A stretch of 32,795 bases of DNA from a virus. Taxonomy: Duplodnaviria > Heunggongvirae > Uroviricota > Caudoviricetes. Position 1 is the stretch's first letter, and every line of letters begins with the position of its first letter. Positions 1 to 9,903 of this stretch are shown here, piece after piece. A model generated the notes under the pieces. The model was not told the DNA's origin. It saw only the letters and a list, made by a program, of their open reading frames with translations, and did not search any database. Where the stretch lies: IMG/VR virus record IMGVR_UViG_3300035703_000003; one strand, written 5' to 3'. The translations under genes and the position numbers were made by a program.

Positions 1-749
1 ACAGGTTCTGGTTTCTTTGTTGCAGCAACAGCGGCTTTTTTCTCATCACGTGACATACTACCAAAGTTTGCATTTGTTTTGTCTGCGTTTGCTATCCAGT
101 CCTTAGCTTGCTTTTTATTAACTGGTGCAGATAAAAATGATCTTATTTTTGATTCTGCATCTTTAACTTGATCTGGTTCAGCATCGAATCCATCTGTGCT
201 ATCAAAAATAATCATATCATTGCCAAACATACGTTGGAAGCGTCCAATATTGTTTTGAACAGCACTCCACATCTTTTCGACTTCTTTTGGATCTAAACTA
301 CGCTGGCGTTGACTGTTACGTTCTTGTGCAACGTCCAATGATGTGTTTACATATATCATCATTGTATCATAACCAAGTGCATCAAGCCTTGCTTTTAACT
401 TTGCAATCTTTTCTGCATCTTTACCGGTACCGTCAATTATCATACCTAAACGACCTAGTTTATATAGCTCGTCTTGTGTGGCACTTGTTTGTTTTGCACG
501 GTCTCTTATTTCTTGTCCTTGGGGACTAAAAATGCTGGCAGGATCTAATTCCATGCCAGCCTTTTTCATAAAAATCTCATATACGTCGTCACTGTTTAAC
601 ATTTTTAAACCAGGATAACCACCTAGTAATCTGCCAGCAACATAGCTTTTGCCACTACCCGGGCCTCCAGCCATAAAGACTGCTTTAAAAATGTAAGGAT
701 CGTTTGGACCCTCGTTTATTGGTTGGGATATAACTTCAAAAACTCTCAT
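1..749 (-). CDS. Zeta-toxin/PNK-like P-loop kinase (partial, runs off window start)
   Basis: Manual translation from ATG at 749: MRVFEVISQPINEG...FMAGGPGSGKSYVA (Walker A)...MIIDGTG...YVNTSLDVAQERN; open to base 1. TAAATA just upstream. Absent from the ORF track because it is truncated. Confidence 0.75.
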   Translation of the reverse strand, partial: MRVFEVISQPINEGPNDPYIFKAVFMAGGPGSGKSYVAGRLLGGYPGLKMLNSDDVYEIFMKKAGMELDPASIFSPQGQEIRDRAKQTSATQDELYKLGRLGMIIDGTGKDAEKIAKLKARLDALGYDTMMIYVNTSLDVAQERNSQRQRSLDPKEVEKMWSAVQNNIGRFQRMFGNDMIIFDSTDGFDAEPDQVKDAESKIRSFLSAPVNKKQAKDWIANADKTNANFGSMSRDEKKAAVAATKKPEP

Positions 750-772
750 GCATTTATTTATGCATATGAGCT

Positions 773-994
773 TTACAGTTTTCCAAACTTCACTACTTGA
801 CGCAGGTTACCACGATCATCTAATAGTTTAACTACCCCGTCCGTTACGTCACCTTGTTTAATCATGTCTGATCTACTTAGTTTAGAACGCATATGTGCAA
901 GAGCATTGTTTCTGTTATCAAACAGATCACACTCCTTAGTTTTGACCCCACCTTGGGAAGTATAATAAATGGTTTCTACTTCAAAAGTTGCCAC
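773..994 (-). CDS. hypothetical protein (73 aa)
   Basis: ORF with AAGGAG RBS 7 nt before a GTG start; downstream of a sigma70 promoter. Confidence 0.6.
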   Translation of the reverse strand: MATFEVETIYYTSQGGVKTKECDLFDNRNNALAHMRSKLSRSDMIKQGDVTDGVVKLLDDRGNLRQVVKFGKL

Positions 995-1021
995 ATTGTT
1001 ACTCCTTATATAGTAAAGTAT

Positions 1022-1050
1022 AATATAGTTTACTTATAAGTAGATGTCAA
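1022..1050 (-). promoter_or_regulatory. sigma70-type promoter
   Basis: TTGACA-17 nt-TATATT. Confidence 0.7.
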
Positions 1051-1065
1051 GAGTAATCAACTGCA

Positions 1066-1356
1066 TTAATCACACTCGGGGAATTTATGTTTTACAATTT
1101 GTTCCATGCCAGAAAAATGACCGTTAAGTTTATTTCTTACATAAACATGGGGTTCTTCCGTCCCCCAACGAAAAATAGCATTTTTTGCAAAGCTGAAGAT
1201 TTCTCGTTTATTACTTTGAAGCAAAGTGTCTTGCATATCATTATCTCCGATATCGTCTAGATATCGCAATGCATATACAGTTATGTCATTGACGCTTAGT
1301 GGGACTTCCACTTTAGCTAAAATTTTACGACCTGTGCCAGTGTCTTTTGATCTCAT
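1066..1356 (-). CDS. hypothetical protein (96 aa)
   Basis: ORF co-oriented with neighbours; upstream promoter. Confidence 0.65.
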   Translation of the reverse strand: MRSKDTGTGRKILAKVEVPLSVNDITVYALRYLDDIGDNDMQDTLLQSNKREIFSFAKNAIFRWGTEEPHVYVRNKLNGHFSGMEQIVKHKFPECD

Positions 1357-1431
1357 TGTTGTGCCTTTCGTTGCCAGTGTGTTAAATTATGAAGTGCCAT
1401 GACATCTCTCCATGATTATCTTGTATATAAG

Positions 1432-1460
1432 ATATTATGGCAAGATGACTTACTTGTCAA
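1432..1460 (-). promoter_or_regulatory. sigma70-type promoter
   Basis: TTGACA-17 nt-TAATAT. Confidence 0.6.
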
Positions 1461-1487
1461 CCAATATTTTTTGGTCATAGTATTTAT

Positions 1488-3071
1488 TTAAAGTTCCACA
1501 TAAGAAAACTTTATTGACCATGTAACATCTACAGTAGATGAACCATTTGCATATATTTTAAAAACACCATCATCTATTACAGTATCTATATCCCACCCAT
1601 TTGCAGTAGGAAATGTATATGTTTTAGTTGGGACTATTGGCAAAACAAAACCGCCATTGTTATTTTGGACAATACCTTCAATTTTTACTTTTTGTAATTC
1701 AGACCGGGTATTGTTTGATCCGACAGCTTCTATTGTATAAGACCATATCTTATTAAGTGCAGGTGCTAATTCCACTTCATCGAACTTTACAACCGTCGAA
1801 GTGGCACCGACAGTTTTTATAGTATATTTTGTATACGGATCACTGCTTGGTATTGCATCTGTTTGTATAACAGCACTAGTAGCAGTTAGAGGAGTTGATG
1901 TTACGATATCTCCACCGTTAAACCCAGGGTTAGTTGATTCAACTGGTGTAACACCTGCACTTTTTTCTGTTTGTTTTTGTGAAAATACAGTTCTATAGCC
2001 TGTTATAGATCCACAATAATCATATATCGGCACTTGTTGTGAAACATTAGGATTTGGATCATCATCTTTATCTAATATATCAAGTATTTCTGGTTCAACT
2101 AATAAATGAAATATATTAGGATAAGTTATTGGCTCACCGATGGCAGTCTGTGTACTTGAAAAGAGTGGACCTCCAGTGGCAGGATTGTAGTTATATTTGT
2201 AAGTTACCGGATATGATGCTAAGTTGTCATACACACTTTTTAATGATGCAACAACACTAGCAGTTGATGTTATAGGAACACTACCACTGCCACTGCCTGA
2301 ATTATACATCACACCGACTTCTGTATTACAGCCGCCAGATGTAAAGTTACTGCCGCCGGTAGCATAAGATCCTAAAATATTATTTTCAAAACTAATAATA
2401 CTCGATATTGCATTAGCAACAGTGTTAACATCATTGGTGATACTATCAATGACACTTTGTCCAAGTGTGCCTGCATTAACTGCAGAAAAATTGTTTGCAA
2501 TAGTTCCTAATATACCACCGTTAAAAACACTTGCATTAAAGCCACCAGTACCTAAACATGCACAAACTTGTCCCGGAACAATACTACCTATTTGATCAAT
2601 TATAGATTTACCTGCACCCAAAAAACTTCCAAATGCATTTGCAATAATATTTGGAATAGCAATGGGATTAACAGGTGATGCACAAAAGTTAATCATTGCT
2701 GCAACGTTTTGTGCTTCGGCAATTATACCATTTAACCTGCCTAAAATATCATCTATCTTAGTATGATCCATAAAAGATTGTAATGCACCTGCAAGTTTAT
2801 CCAATGCAGCGTATAATGCAGCTTGTAAATTTGGTATGCCTAATAATTCTTGTATATTTGCATACATACAAATTTGTAAGTTAGGAAGTTTAAAGCCGCT
2901 ACCACTTAGCAAACCACATATAAGTTCTCTAAGAGTAAAGCTATATTCAGCTGATGCAATTACTTTTAATGGGCCTGCGTCAATACCTGTGCCGCTACCG
3001 AAATATTGCGTTGCATCTAAATAATCGTTTGCATTTTGCAAACCTGCTTTAAAATCATTATACGTAGTCAT
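1488..3071 (-). CDS. putative virion structural protein (baseplate/tail region), 527 aa
   Basis: Long G/S/T/N-rich ORF directly downstream of the PAAR gene; beta-rich C-terminus; no specific family recognised. Confidence 0.6.
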   Translation of the reverse strand: MTTYNDFKAGLQNANDYLDATQYFGSGTGIDAGPLKVIASAEYSFTLRELICGLLSGSGFKLPNLQICMYANIQELLGIPNLQAALYAALDKLAGALQSFMDHTKIDDILGRLNGIIAEAQNVAAMINFCASPVNPIAIPNIIANAFGSFLGAGKSIIDQIGSIVPGQVCACLGTGGFNASVFNGGILGTIANNFSAVNAGTLGQSVIDSITNDVNTVANAISSIISFENNILGSYATGGSNFTSGGCNTEVGVMYNSGSGSGSVPITSTASVVASLKSVYDNLASYPVTYKYNYNPATGGPLFSSTQTAIGEPITYPNIFHLLVEPEILDILDKDDDPNPNVSQQVPIYDYCGSITGYRTVFSQKQTEKSAGVTPVESTNPGFNGGDIVTSTPLTATSAVIQTDAIPSSDPYTKYTIKTVGATSTVVKFDEVELAPALNKIWSYTIEAVGSNNTRSELQKVKIEGIVQNNNGGFVLPIVPTKTYTFPTANGWDIDTVIDDGVFKIYANGSSTVDVTWSIKFSYVEL

Positions 3072-3073
3072 TA

Positions 3074-3361
3074 TTATCCACCTGCTCTTACATTACCGCT
3101 TGCTGTTGTTGCTTTTGGGCTACAATGAGCACCGCCCAACGGAGGGCATAATTTATCGGGGGAAGCATTATCGTTTAAAACAATAATTGGCTTACCGCCG
3201 ATTCGAATTTTAGGATTAGATGTAATTAGCGAGCCGCCACCGTGTGTATTTTTGTCACCATCTACTGCAACAGTTCTACCGTTTACTCTAACGTTAGTGC
3301 CTGTTGCAATAGTTTGTGCGCCGCAACTTCTTGAATCTTTGTCTCTATGCACGTATCCCAT
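3074..3361 (-). CDS. PAAR-like spike tip protein (gp5.4-like)
   Basis: 95 aa with PAAR-type repeats (VRVNGRTVAVDGD...HGGG; IRIGGKPIIVLND) and Cys/His metal ligands; late promoter ATAAATA upstream. Confidence 0.85.
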   Translation of the reverse strand: MGYVHRDKDSRSCGAQTIATGTNVRVNGRTVAVDGDKNTHGGGSLITSNPKIRIGGKPIIVLNDNASPDKLCPPLGGAHCSPKATTASGNVRAGG

Positions 3362-3372
3362 GCATGTATTTA

Positions 3373-3696
3373 TTACAGCACAAGACCGGCAGGTGCTGCT
3401 ACAATACCAGATGTTGCTTGTAGATAGTTGTCAGAAATTTGTTTAACTGTTTTAGTAACCATAACAACGTTGTTTTTATAAACGTCAATGGGTGTTGTAT
3501 CTTTCGGATCTACACTCATTAACCATGGGATAAGCATTGCTTGGCCATTTTGCGGGTTAACTGTAAAAACCAACGGGCGTGTGATTTTTAGTGCATCTGA
3601 CTTATCCTCAATCAGTTTTCCGATGATTTCTTCACCGGTAACTAATTTAAGTGTCACAACATCATTTGTAACATATGACGGTTTAAGATTGAGCAT
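3373..3696 (-). CDS. Sm/Hfq-like fold protein
   Basis: VVTLKLVTGEEIIGKL resembles the Sm1 beta motif seen in phage Sm-like proteins. Confidence 0.55.
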   Translation of the reverse strand: MLNLKPSYVTNDVVTLKLVTGEEIIGKLIEDKSDALKITRPLVFTVNPQNGQAMLIPWLMSVDPKDTTPIDVYKNNVVMVTKTVKQISDNYLQATSGIVAAPAGLVL

Positions 3697-3946
3697 TAAT
3701 ATTTTCCATTAATTGTTTTACCTCTTCAGGATTCATTTTGCTCAAAGGCAAGCCGCCGCCTTCGACCAAAACTTTACCGTTATAGTAAATTTGCGGAACA
3801 GTTCTATGGCCCTGTTCCATAATCCACTCACGTTGAGCAGGATCTAAATCAATTCTAATTTCTTCAAATTCGAAGTTATTTTTTGTAAGATAATCCTTAG
3901 CAAGGGTGCAATATCCGCAACCTGCTTTGCTGTAAACTGTAATCAT
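3683..3946 (-). CDS. glutaredoxin (RNR reductant)
   Basis: CGYC active site, TVPQI and GG motifs; adjacent to nrdB. Confidence 0.9.
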   Translation of the reverse strand: MITVYSKAGCGYCTLAKDYLTKNNFEFEEIRIDLDPAQREWIMEQGHRTVPQIYYNGKVLVEGGGLPLSKMNPEEVKQLMENINAQS

Positions 3947-5073
3947 AATGAAAATCCTTTAAATGTGTCACCACTAACATCTTGCTTAACTGCGCCGATT
4001 GTATATGACGAGATTTCTGTTTCTTGTGGTGCCACTTGAACTTCTGCACCTGCAATCCATTTTTGTGTCCACGGAAGTGGATTTGTCGCTTGATTGTAAA
4101 TTTTAGGAAGTGAAACATGAGACATGCGCTTTGCTGCAATATGTTCAATATATTCACATAGTAATTGCTTATTAAGTCCTAGCATACTTCCATCCTTAAA
4201 CAAATAATCTGCCCAGGCTTTTTCTTGTTCAACTGCATCGGAAAACATTTTGATACATGCTTCTTCTGTTTCAACTGCAATTGTTTCAAAGTCGGGATCG
4301 TCTTTACGCAATGTTTTTAATAGCAACTGTGTGCTACCGAGATGCAAATTTTCATCACGAGCAATTAACTTAATAATCTTAGCATTGCCTTCCATTTTCT
4401 TTAGTTCAGCAAATGCCCACGAACAAGCAAAGCTAACATAGAAACGAACACCTTCAAGAATGTTAACACTCATCAATGCAAGCCATAGTTTCTTTTTTAG
4501 TTCGTAAAGATCAACAACAACAGTATTGCCGTTAACAGTATGAGTGCCTTCTCCTAAAAGATTGTAGTAACCAGCAAGCTCAATTAGTTCGTCATAATTT
4601 TTTGAGATGTCTTCTGCACAATCAATGATTTCTTCGATATCTAGCATCCCATCAAAAATCTTACTTGGATTGCTGTAGATATTACGGATAATATGTGTAT
4701 AACTACGGCTATGAATTGTCTCGCTAAACGTCCAAGTTATAATCCAGTTTTCAAGTTCTGGCAAACTAACAATACTACCAAATGATTCGGCTGGTGCTCT
4801 TCCTTGCACAGAATCTAATAGAATTTGACGCTTTAGATTTGAAGTAAAAATGTGTTGTTCATGCTCAGTTAGAGCTTTAAAATCTTTTGCATCTTTCATC
4901 ACGTCTACTTCTTCTGGTCGCCAAAAGAACCCAAGTTGCTTGTCAGTGAACTTGTCAAAGCTAGGATACTTCATTGTATCATATCGTTGGATAGTAGGCC
5001 CTCCACTTGGATCGAGGAAGGCCTTTACTGTTGTATGATTGCTTTTATTATTAATATCAAATACTGATGCCAT
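3943..5073 (-). CDS. nrdB: ribonucleotide reductase class Ia beta subunit
   Basis: FFWRPEEVD, LLDSVQGR, ETIHSRSYT, EGVRFYVSF, IARDENLH diiron and tyrosyl radical motifs. Confidence 0.97.
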   Translation of the reverse strand: MASVFDINNKSNHTTVKAFLDPSGGPTIQRYDTMKYPSFDKFTDKQLGFFWRPEEVDVMKDAKDFKALTEHEQHIFTSNLKRQILLDSVQGRAPAESFGSIVSLPELENWIITWTFSETIHSRSYTHIIRNIYSNPSKIFDGMLDIEEIIDCAEDISKNYDELIELAGYYNLLGEGTHTVNGNTVVVDLYELKKKLWLALMSVNILEGVRFYVSFACSWAFAELKKMEGNAKIIKLIARDENLHLGSTQLLLKTLRKDDPDFETIAVETEEACIKMFSDAVEQEKAWADYLFKDGSMLGLNKQLLCEYIEHIAAKRMSHVSLPKIYNQATNPLPWTQKWIAGAEVQVAPQETEISSYTIGAVKQDVSGDTFKGFSL

Positions 5074-5082
5074 GGTGTTCCT

Positions 5083-7395
5083 TTAAATTGTGCAACTGTC
5101 GCAAGCGGCTTCATCTGCGAACCCGTTTACATTTTCTGTTTCTACCACTATATTTGATTGTGCAAATTTGTCAATGTCAATTTCGCCAGCGCCGTCGTAT
5201 GTATTAAAATAATACAACTGCTTACCGCCGTACTTATAAAACATTAACATATGCTGAATCATAACAGACATCGGGATTTTTTCATCTTCGAAAAATTGTG
5301 GGTTATACGAAGTGTTTACACTAATACCCTGGTCAATATATTTTTGCAATACTGCCATAATCTTTAGGTAACCTTCTGGTGATTTTTGATCCCACAATAA
5401 TTCATATTTGCTTTTTAATTTATGAATACCAGGCACTACTTGCTTTAATACACCGTGCTTACTTTGTTTAACACTTACAAGAGAGCGTGGTGGTTCTACA
5501 CCGTTTGTAGCATTACTGATTTGTGCAGATGTCTCTGCAGGCATAAGTGCCATTAATGTAGAATTACGAATACCAGTATTACGCAATTGTTCTCTTAAAC
5601 TGTCCCAATCCATACGCTCTTGATGTGCAACAAGTTCATCTACATCACGCTTGTATGTGTCAATTGGTAGAACACCGTCACTATATTTGGTTTCTTCATT
5701 CCAAAGACATGCACCTTGTTCTGCTGCCAAATCTGCACTAGCTTTAATTAAATAATAACTCCATGCTTCTGCATATTCGTCAATCATTGCTAGATTTGGA
5801 TTGCTGTAAGTCATATCATTTTTAGCCATCCAGTATGCAAGGTTGATGATACCAACGCCAAGAGGACGTCTGCCCATTGTAGCACGATATGCAGCTTTGA
5901 CGGGATAACTCTGATAGCTCAATAGTGCATCTAACCCACGTACAGCAAGTTCACACGCTTTTGCAAAATCGGACGGCTTTTTAATGTTGCCCCAATTAAT
6001 AGCAGAAAGGGTGCAAAGTGCAATCTCGCCCTCTTCATCGTTGAAATCATTTAATGGTTTTGTTGGTAGATTAATTTCGGTGCAGAGATTGCTTTGTTTA
6101 ATAGGTGCAACTTCTGGTTTAAATGATCCATGTGTGTTTGCATGGTCAACATTCATTAGATAGATACGTCCAGTATCTTTACGTTCGCCCATAAACGAGC
6201 TAAACAGTTCAAGTGCGCTAACTACTTTCTTGCGTATCCGTGTATTGCGCTCTGCAGTTTCATATAATTCTTTAAATTTATCTTGGTTAGCAAAAAATGC
6301 ATCATACAGGCCCGGCACATCTGCAGGACTGAATAGTGTAATATTTCCGCCAGTAATTAAGCGTTCATACATAAGTTTATTAAATTGCACACCATAATCC
6401 ATATGACGCACACGGTTATCTTCGATACCTTTGTTGTTTTTAAGAACAAGTAAATCTTCTACTTCGTAATGCCAAATGGGATAATAAAGTGTTGCAGCAC
6501 CATTACGCACACCGCCTTGGCTGCATGAACGTGTTGCTGCTTGAAACATTTTATAGAAAGGAATTACTCCTGTGTGATAAGCATCACCTTTACGAATAGG
6601 AGAACCAATAGCACGGATACTGCCTGCGCCAATGCCAATGCCTGCTTTTTGTGAAACATACTTAACAATGCTACTAGTAGTAGCGTTAATGCTGTCTAAA
6701 CTATCGCCTGTTTCAATAAGCACACAACTAGAAAATTGCCTTTGAGGAGTTCTAACACCTGCCATAACAGGAGTAGGCAAGCTAATGTCATGCAAGCTAA
6801 TAGCATCATAATAATCCTTAACCCAACGGAGGCGAGTTTCTTTTGGGTAATTGCTGAATAGCGTTGCGGCTATCAGCATGTATGCCATTTGTGGTGTTTC
6901 TTTTATATCGTTTGTTACTCTGTTCTGAACAAGATATTTCCCACGCCACTGTTCCATACTAACGTAAGTTAGTGATTCATCACGTTCGTGTTTAACGTAT
7001 GTGTTTAGTTCATTCCATTCATTTTCAGTGTATGCAGTGAGCAATTCAGAATCATAAAATCCTTCTGCAACATTTCGGTTAATAAGTTCAAGTATATGAC
7101 ATGGTTCGTATGATCCGTATACCATTTTACGTAAATGATATACAATTAGTCTACCAGCAACTGATTGATAGTTTGGAGTTTCTTCGCTAATCAAATCAGC
7201 GGCTGCTTTAATAAGAGTTTCTTGAATTTCGTCTGTAGTAATGCCATTGTAAAACTGAATAGCACTTTTTAGTTCAACTTCACTAGGGCTAACGCCTGCT
7301 ATACCTTCGCAAGCGTGAAACACTACTTTATGTAGTTTATCAAGATTTAAAATTTCTTTTGAACCATTTCTTTTTATTACTTGTATATTGCTCAT
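5083..7395 (-). CDS. nrdA: ribonucleotide reductase class Ia alpha subunit with ATP cone
   Basis: N-terminal VIKRNG ATP cone, PTPVMAG, FSSCVL, SNLCTEI, C-terminal CDSC. Confidence 0.98.
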   Translation of the reverse strand: MSNIQVIKRNGSKEILNLDKLHKVVFHACEGIAGVSPSEVELKSAIQFYNGITTDEIQETLIKAAADLISEETPNYQSVAGRLIVYHLRKMVYGSYEPCHILELINRNVAEGFYDSELLTAYTENEWNELNTYVKHERDESLTYVSMEQWRGKYLVQNRVTNDIKETPQMAYMLIAATLFSNYPKETRLRWVKDYYDAISLHDISLPTPVMAGVRTPQRQFSSCVLIETGDSLDSINATTSSIVKYVSQKAGIGIGAGSIRAIGSPIRKGDAYHTGVIPFYKMFQAATRSCSQGGVRNGAATLYYPIWHYEVEDLLVLKNNKGIEDNRVRHMDYGVQFNKLMYERLITGGNITLFSPADVPGLYDAFFANQDKFKELYETAERNTRIRKKVVSALELFSSFMGERKDTGRIYLMNVDHANTHGSFKPEVAPIKQSNLCTEINLPTKPLNDFNDEEGEIALCTLSAINWGNIKKPSDFAKACELAVRGLDALLSYQSYPVKAAYRATMGRRPLGVGIINLAYWMAKNDMTYSNPNLAMIDEYAEAWSYYLIKASADLAAEQGACLWNEETKYSDGVLPIDTYKRDVDELVAHQERMDWDSLREQLRNTGIRNSTLMALMPAETSAQISNATNGVEPPRSLVSVKQSKHGVLKQVVPGIHKLKSKYELLWDQKSPEGYLKIMAVLQKYIDQGISVNTSYNPQFFEDEKIPMSVMIQHMLMFYKYGGKQLYYFNTYDGAGEIDIDKFAQSNIVVETENVNGFADEAACDSCTI

Positions 7396-7459
7396 AACAT
7401 ACTTTTCCTTTTTAGAATAAAATAGGCTTCCATTGCGTTAGTATAACGCAAGGTTTAAA

Positions 7460-7915
7460 TTATATTTTTTTTATAATATCGTTAACGGAAATACGATAAG
7501 ATATCGAACATTCGCTGTCGTGAAAACTACTTATCGTTCCTCGCTCATAATTAAGCAAGTGTTTATTGTCGATTAAGGCACAAAGTTTCTGAAAACTTCT
7601 GCCATTGCATGTTACATAAATTAGCTCATTAGGTATGTCTTGGTTAGCATAATAAATTGTGTATGCCATTCCTAATGCTAAACTATTTTCACAAAAATCT
7701 CCTTGGTGTAACATTTCCCAAGGAGTTGGCCAGTTAATGGAATCTACCGGATCAATAGTTATATTAATCAAAGGTGCAGACTCCCACCATGCCACTACAG
7801 TTTTACACACTTCAAATGTGTTTGTCGTATCTAGCCCACGTCTGAATTCTTTCCAGCGTCCTAGTCTTACGCTGGGTGATTCATACCAGGCCCTATGCTT
7901 TAATTGCTGTTCCAA
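7460..7915 (-). CDS. hypothetical protein, transglutaminase-like (BTLCP-like) motif
   Basis: WPTPWEMLHQGDFCENSLAL resembles the BTLCP W.TP.E.L..G.GDCED.A motif; start (TTG) uncertain. Confidence 0.5.
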   Translation of the reverse strand: MEQQLKHRAWYESPSVRLGRWKEFRRGLDTTNTFEVCKTVVAWWESAPLINITIDPVDSINWPTPWEMLHQGDFCENSLALGMAYTIYYANQDIPNELIYVTCNGRSFQKLCALIDNKHLLNYERGTISSFHDSECSISYRISVNDIIKKI

Positions 7916-8559
7916 AGTTGATATGTATATTTGAATTTTGCTACGGCGTTTGCGTTGTCGGTGTAAGTTAACTTTAGTGTATTTGCAGTTGCAACATTAG
8001 TTCCGAAATCGATATCAACTGTTCCAACTTCTGTATAGTTGTCGTCGATTGCTGCAGTTGGACCGGTTGTATTTACGGCGATACGAAGTTGACCTACACG
8101 CAAACCATTTGCTGTTTTTAATGTATAATCAATAATACATGCATCTGCTACTGTTGTATTGAAACTGAAACCAGTTTCTGCTGCAGAACCGTTTGCTGCA
8201 AGTTGTATGCTGCTAGGAATAATAAGATCATTTAAGAAATCAAGTTCGCCGTTAAACTTAGCAGTAATAGCAACACCTGATCCTGGTGCAGTGTTAAATG
8301 TTATTGTAGTTCCTGCTATTGTATACGCAGAAGTAATTGTGCCGTTTAAGTATACACCAATTACATTGTGGTTACTAAAATCAATAGGAAGCACAAATGC
8401 AGTAGTAGATGCGTTACCTGTGCCGACTGCAATTGTATCGTTGCCGATAAACAATCTACGTTGATCTTTTGCATAACCTAATTCGCCTGCATCAAGTAAA
8501 GGTAAATCTGCAAAATTACCTTGTCTTACTTTCATTTTACTAATACGTGTAGTTGCCAT
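7900..8559 (-). CDS. tail fibre/virion-associated protein with Mtd_N-like N-terminus
   Basis: LDAGELGYAKDQRRLFIG motif; T/A/G-rich; TAAATA late promoter upstream. Confidence 0.65.
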   Translation of the reverse strand: MATTRISKMKVRQGNFADLPLLDAGELGYAKDQRRLFIGNDTIAVGTGNASTTAFVLPIDFSNHNVIGVYLNGTITSAYTIAGTTITFNTAPGSGVAITAKFNGELDFLNDLIIPSSIQLAANGSAAETGFSFNTTVADACIIDYTLKTANGLRVGQLRIAVNTTGPTAAIDDNYTEVGTVDIDFGTNVATANTLKLTYTDNANAVAKFKYTYQLWNSN

Positions 8560-8582
8560 TTTCTATTCCCTCGATAACATAT

Positions 8583-9257
8583 TTAGTTGAGATTATAAAA
8601 CTCAGCAACACGACCTGCCCATTTTTCTTCCCAATATTTGAACTCATCGGGATCTACTTCGAACAGTTGCCATTCACACTCTCTACTACACATAAAAATT
8701 GCAGCCGTTTCTATATTTGTTTTATATAATTCGTTATGGGCCATACCGTATGCTGCTGCCTGCATAAAGTAATCTTCAATCCATTCACGCTTTTTTGGTT
8801 TGTTAGTTTGTTTGAAGTCCATTATGGCAGACTTGCCTTTCCACATACCAACAAGGTCAGTAGTGCCGGCATATAAACCCGGGTAGCAAAGATTAACTTC
8901 ACTGCCCCAAACCTCAGTAATATGTGGTTCTATGTTTTTAATCACAGTATCTGCCATTAGTCTCGACTGGACTGTTGCATCACCTGTATATAGTTCATTC
9001 TTGACCCAATGCTCTAATATGGCGTGCATATAAGTTCCGGTATTTGCTGCTTCTGTTACAACACGTTGGGCTTCTTGTTCGCCTACACGTTGTTTCCAGT
9101 TGTTAAGAGCTTCACGTTTTTCTTTGGGTTTTGTTTTGTCTAGAATAGTAGTTACACTTGGGACAGGATCTCCCCAAGGGTTTTCATATAAACGTTTTCC
9201 GTCTATTGATTTACGTTTTAATTCTTGATATGGATATGGTGAGGTTATTGTTAACAT
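8583..9257 (-). CDS. PD-(D/E)XK exonuclease (RecB/Cas4-like phage family)
   Basis: PSVTTIL, GTYMHAILE, YAGTTDLVG...IMDFKQT, QAAAY motifs. Confidence 0.9.
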   Translation of the reverse strand: MLTITSPYPYQELKRKSIDGKRLYENPWGDPVPSVTTILDKTKPKEKREALNNWKQRVGEQEAQRVVTEAANTGTYMHAILEHWVKNELYTGDATVQSRLMADTVIKNIEPHITEVWGSEVNLCYPGLYAGTTDLVGMWKGKSAIMDFKQTNKPKKREWIEDYFMQAAAYGMAHNELYKTNIETAAIFMCSRECEWQLFEVDPDEFKYWEEKWAGRVAEFYNLN

Positions 9258-9263
9258 ATTGTG

Positions 9264-9292
9264 ACAATATAATACTGTTACATTATTGTCAA
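9264..9292 (-). promoter_or_regulatory. sigma70-type promoter for the exonuclease gene
   Basis: TTGACA-17 nt-TATTGT. Confidence 0.6.
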
Positions 9293-9903
9293 TAAGTAAT
9301 TACCCATTTGAAAGTATTATTAGTTGTTGTATTTGTTCGTTGTTCAATACTATAACCTAAACTTTCAAAGTGAGATATAACCTGATTCATTTGATCTGTT
9401 TTAGCACGATCAGTCGAAGTGCCTTGCCATACGTTGAAATAGGATACACTGCTTGGATTTGTTGCTGCATATGAAGTCGCTGTAAGTCCCAGTGCAGTGT
9501 TGGCAGTGCCAGCACCAACAGTAAATGTCCATGCACCTGCAGTTGTTGTTTTAGTAAGAACTAATCTGTTTGATGCGTTTGCGCTTGCTACGATGCCTGG
9601 AAAATATCCGTTAATGTCTGCAATGACAGCTTTTAAACTAGTTCCAGTTGTTCCTAGTGTTAATGTAGTCCCATCTAGTATAATAGTTTGCCCTACAGTG
9701 ATAGTTGGTGCAGATACTGTTCCGGTAACAACAATGTCAGGTGTTGATTCTGTCATTGTTGTTCCGTCACTAACTGTAGTTTCGTATAAGAAGTTTCCAG
9801 CATCAGTAATGATTTGTTCCATAAGTGTGTTGATTTCACGGAATATTACAAGATCATTCCTTGCCACTGTCAATGCTTCTTTACTATTAAAACTGTATGT
9901 CAT
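9289..9903 (-). CDS. putative structural protein (204 aa)
   Basis: Thr/Gly-rich beta-type composition; ATGA overlap with the upstream gene. Confidence 0.6.
   Translation of the reverse strand: MTYSFNSKEALTVARNDLVIFREINTLMEQIITDAGNFLYETTVSDGTTMTESTPDIVVTGTVSAPTITVGQTIILDGTTLTLGTTGTSLKAVIADINGYFPGIVASANASNRLVLTKTTTAGAWTFTVGAGTANTALGLTATSYAATNPSSVSYFNVWQGTSTDRAKTDQMNQVISHFESLGYSIEQRTNTTTNNTFKWVITY

Noticed and set aside
3943-7395. Introns or inteins in nrdA/nrdB, a common insertion site in phages
   Set aside because: Both ORFs are continuous and of normal length.
8583-9257. Cas4 as part of a CRISPR system
   Set aside because: No Fe-S Cys cluster and no cas genes or array; an ordinary phage PD-(D/E)XK exonuclease.
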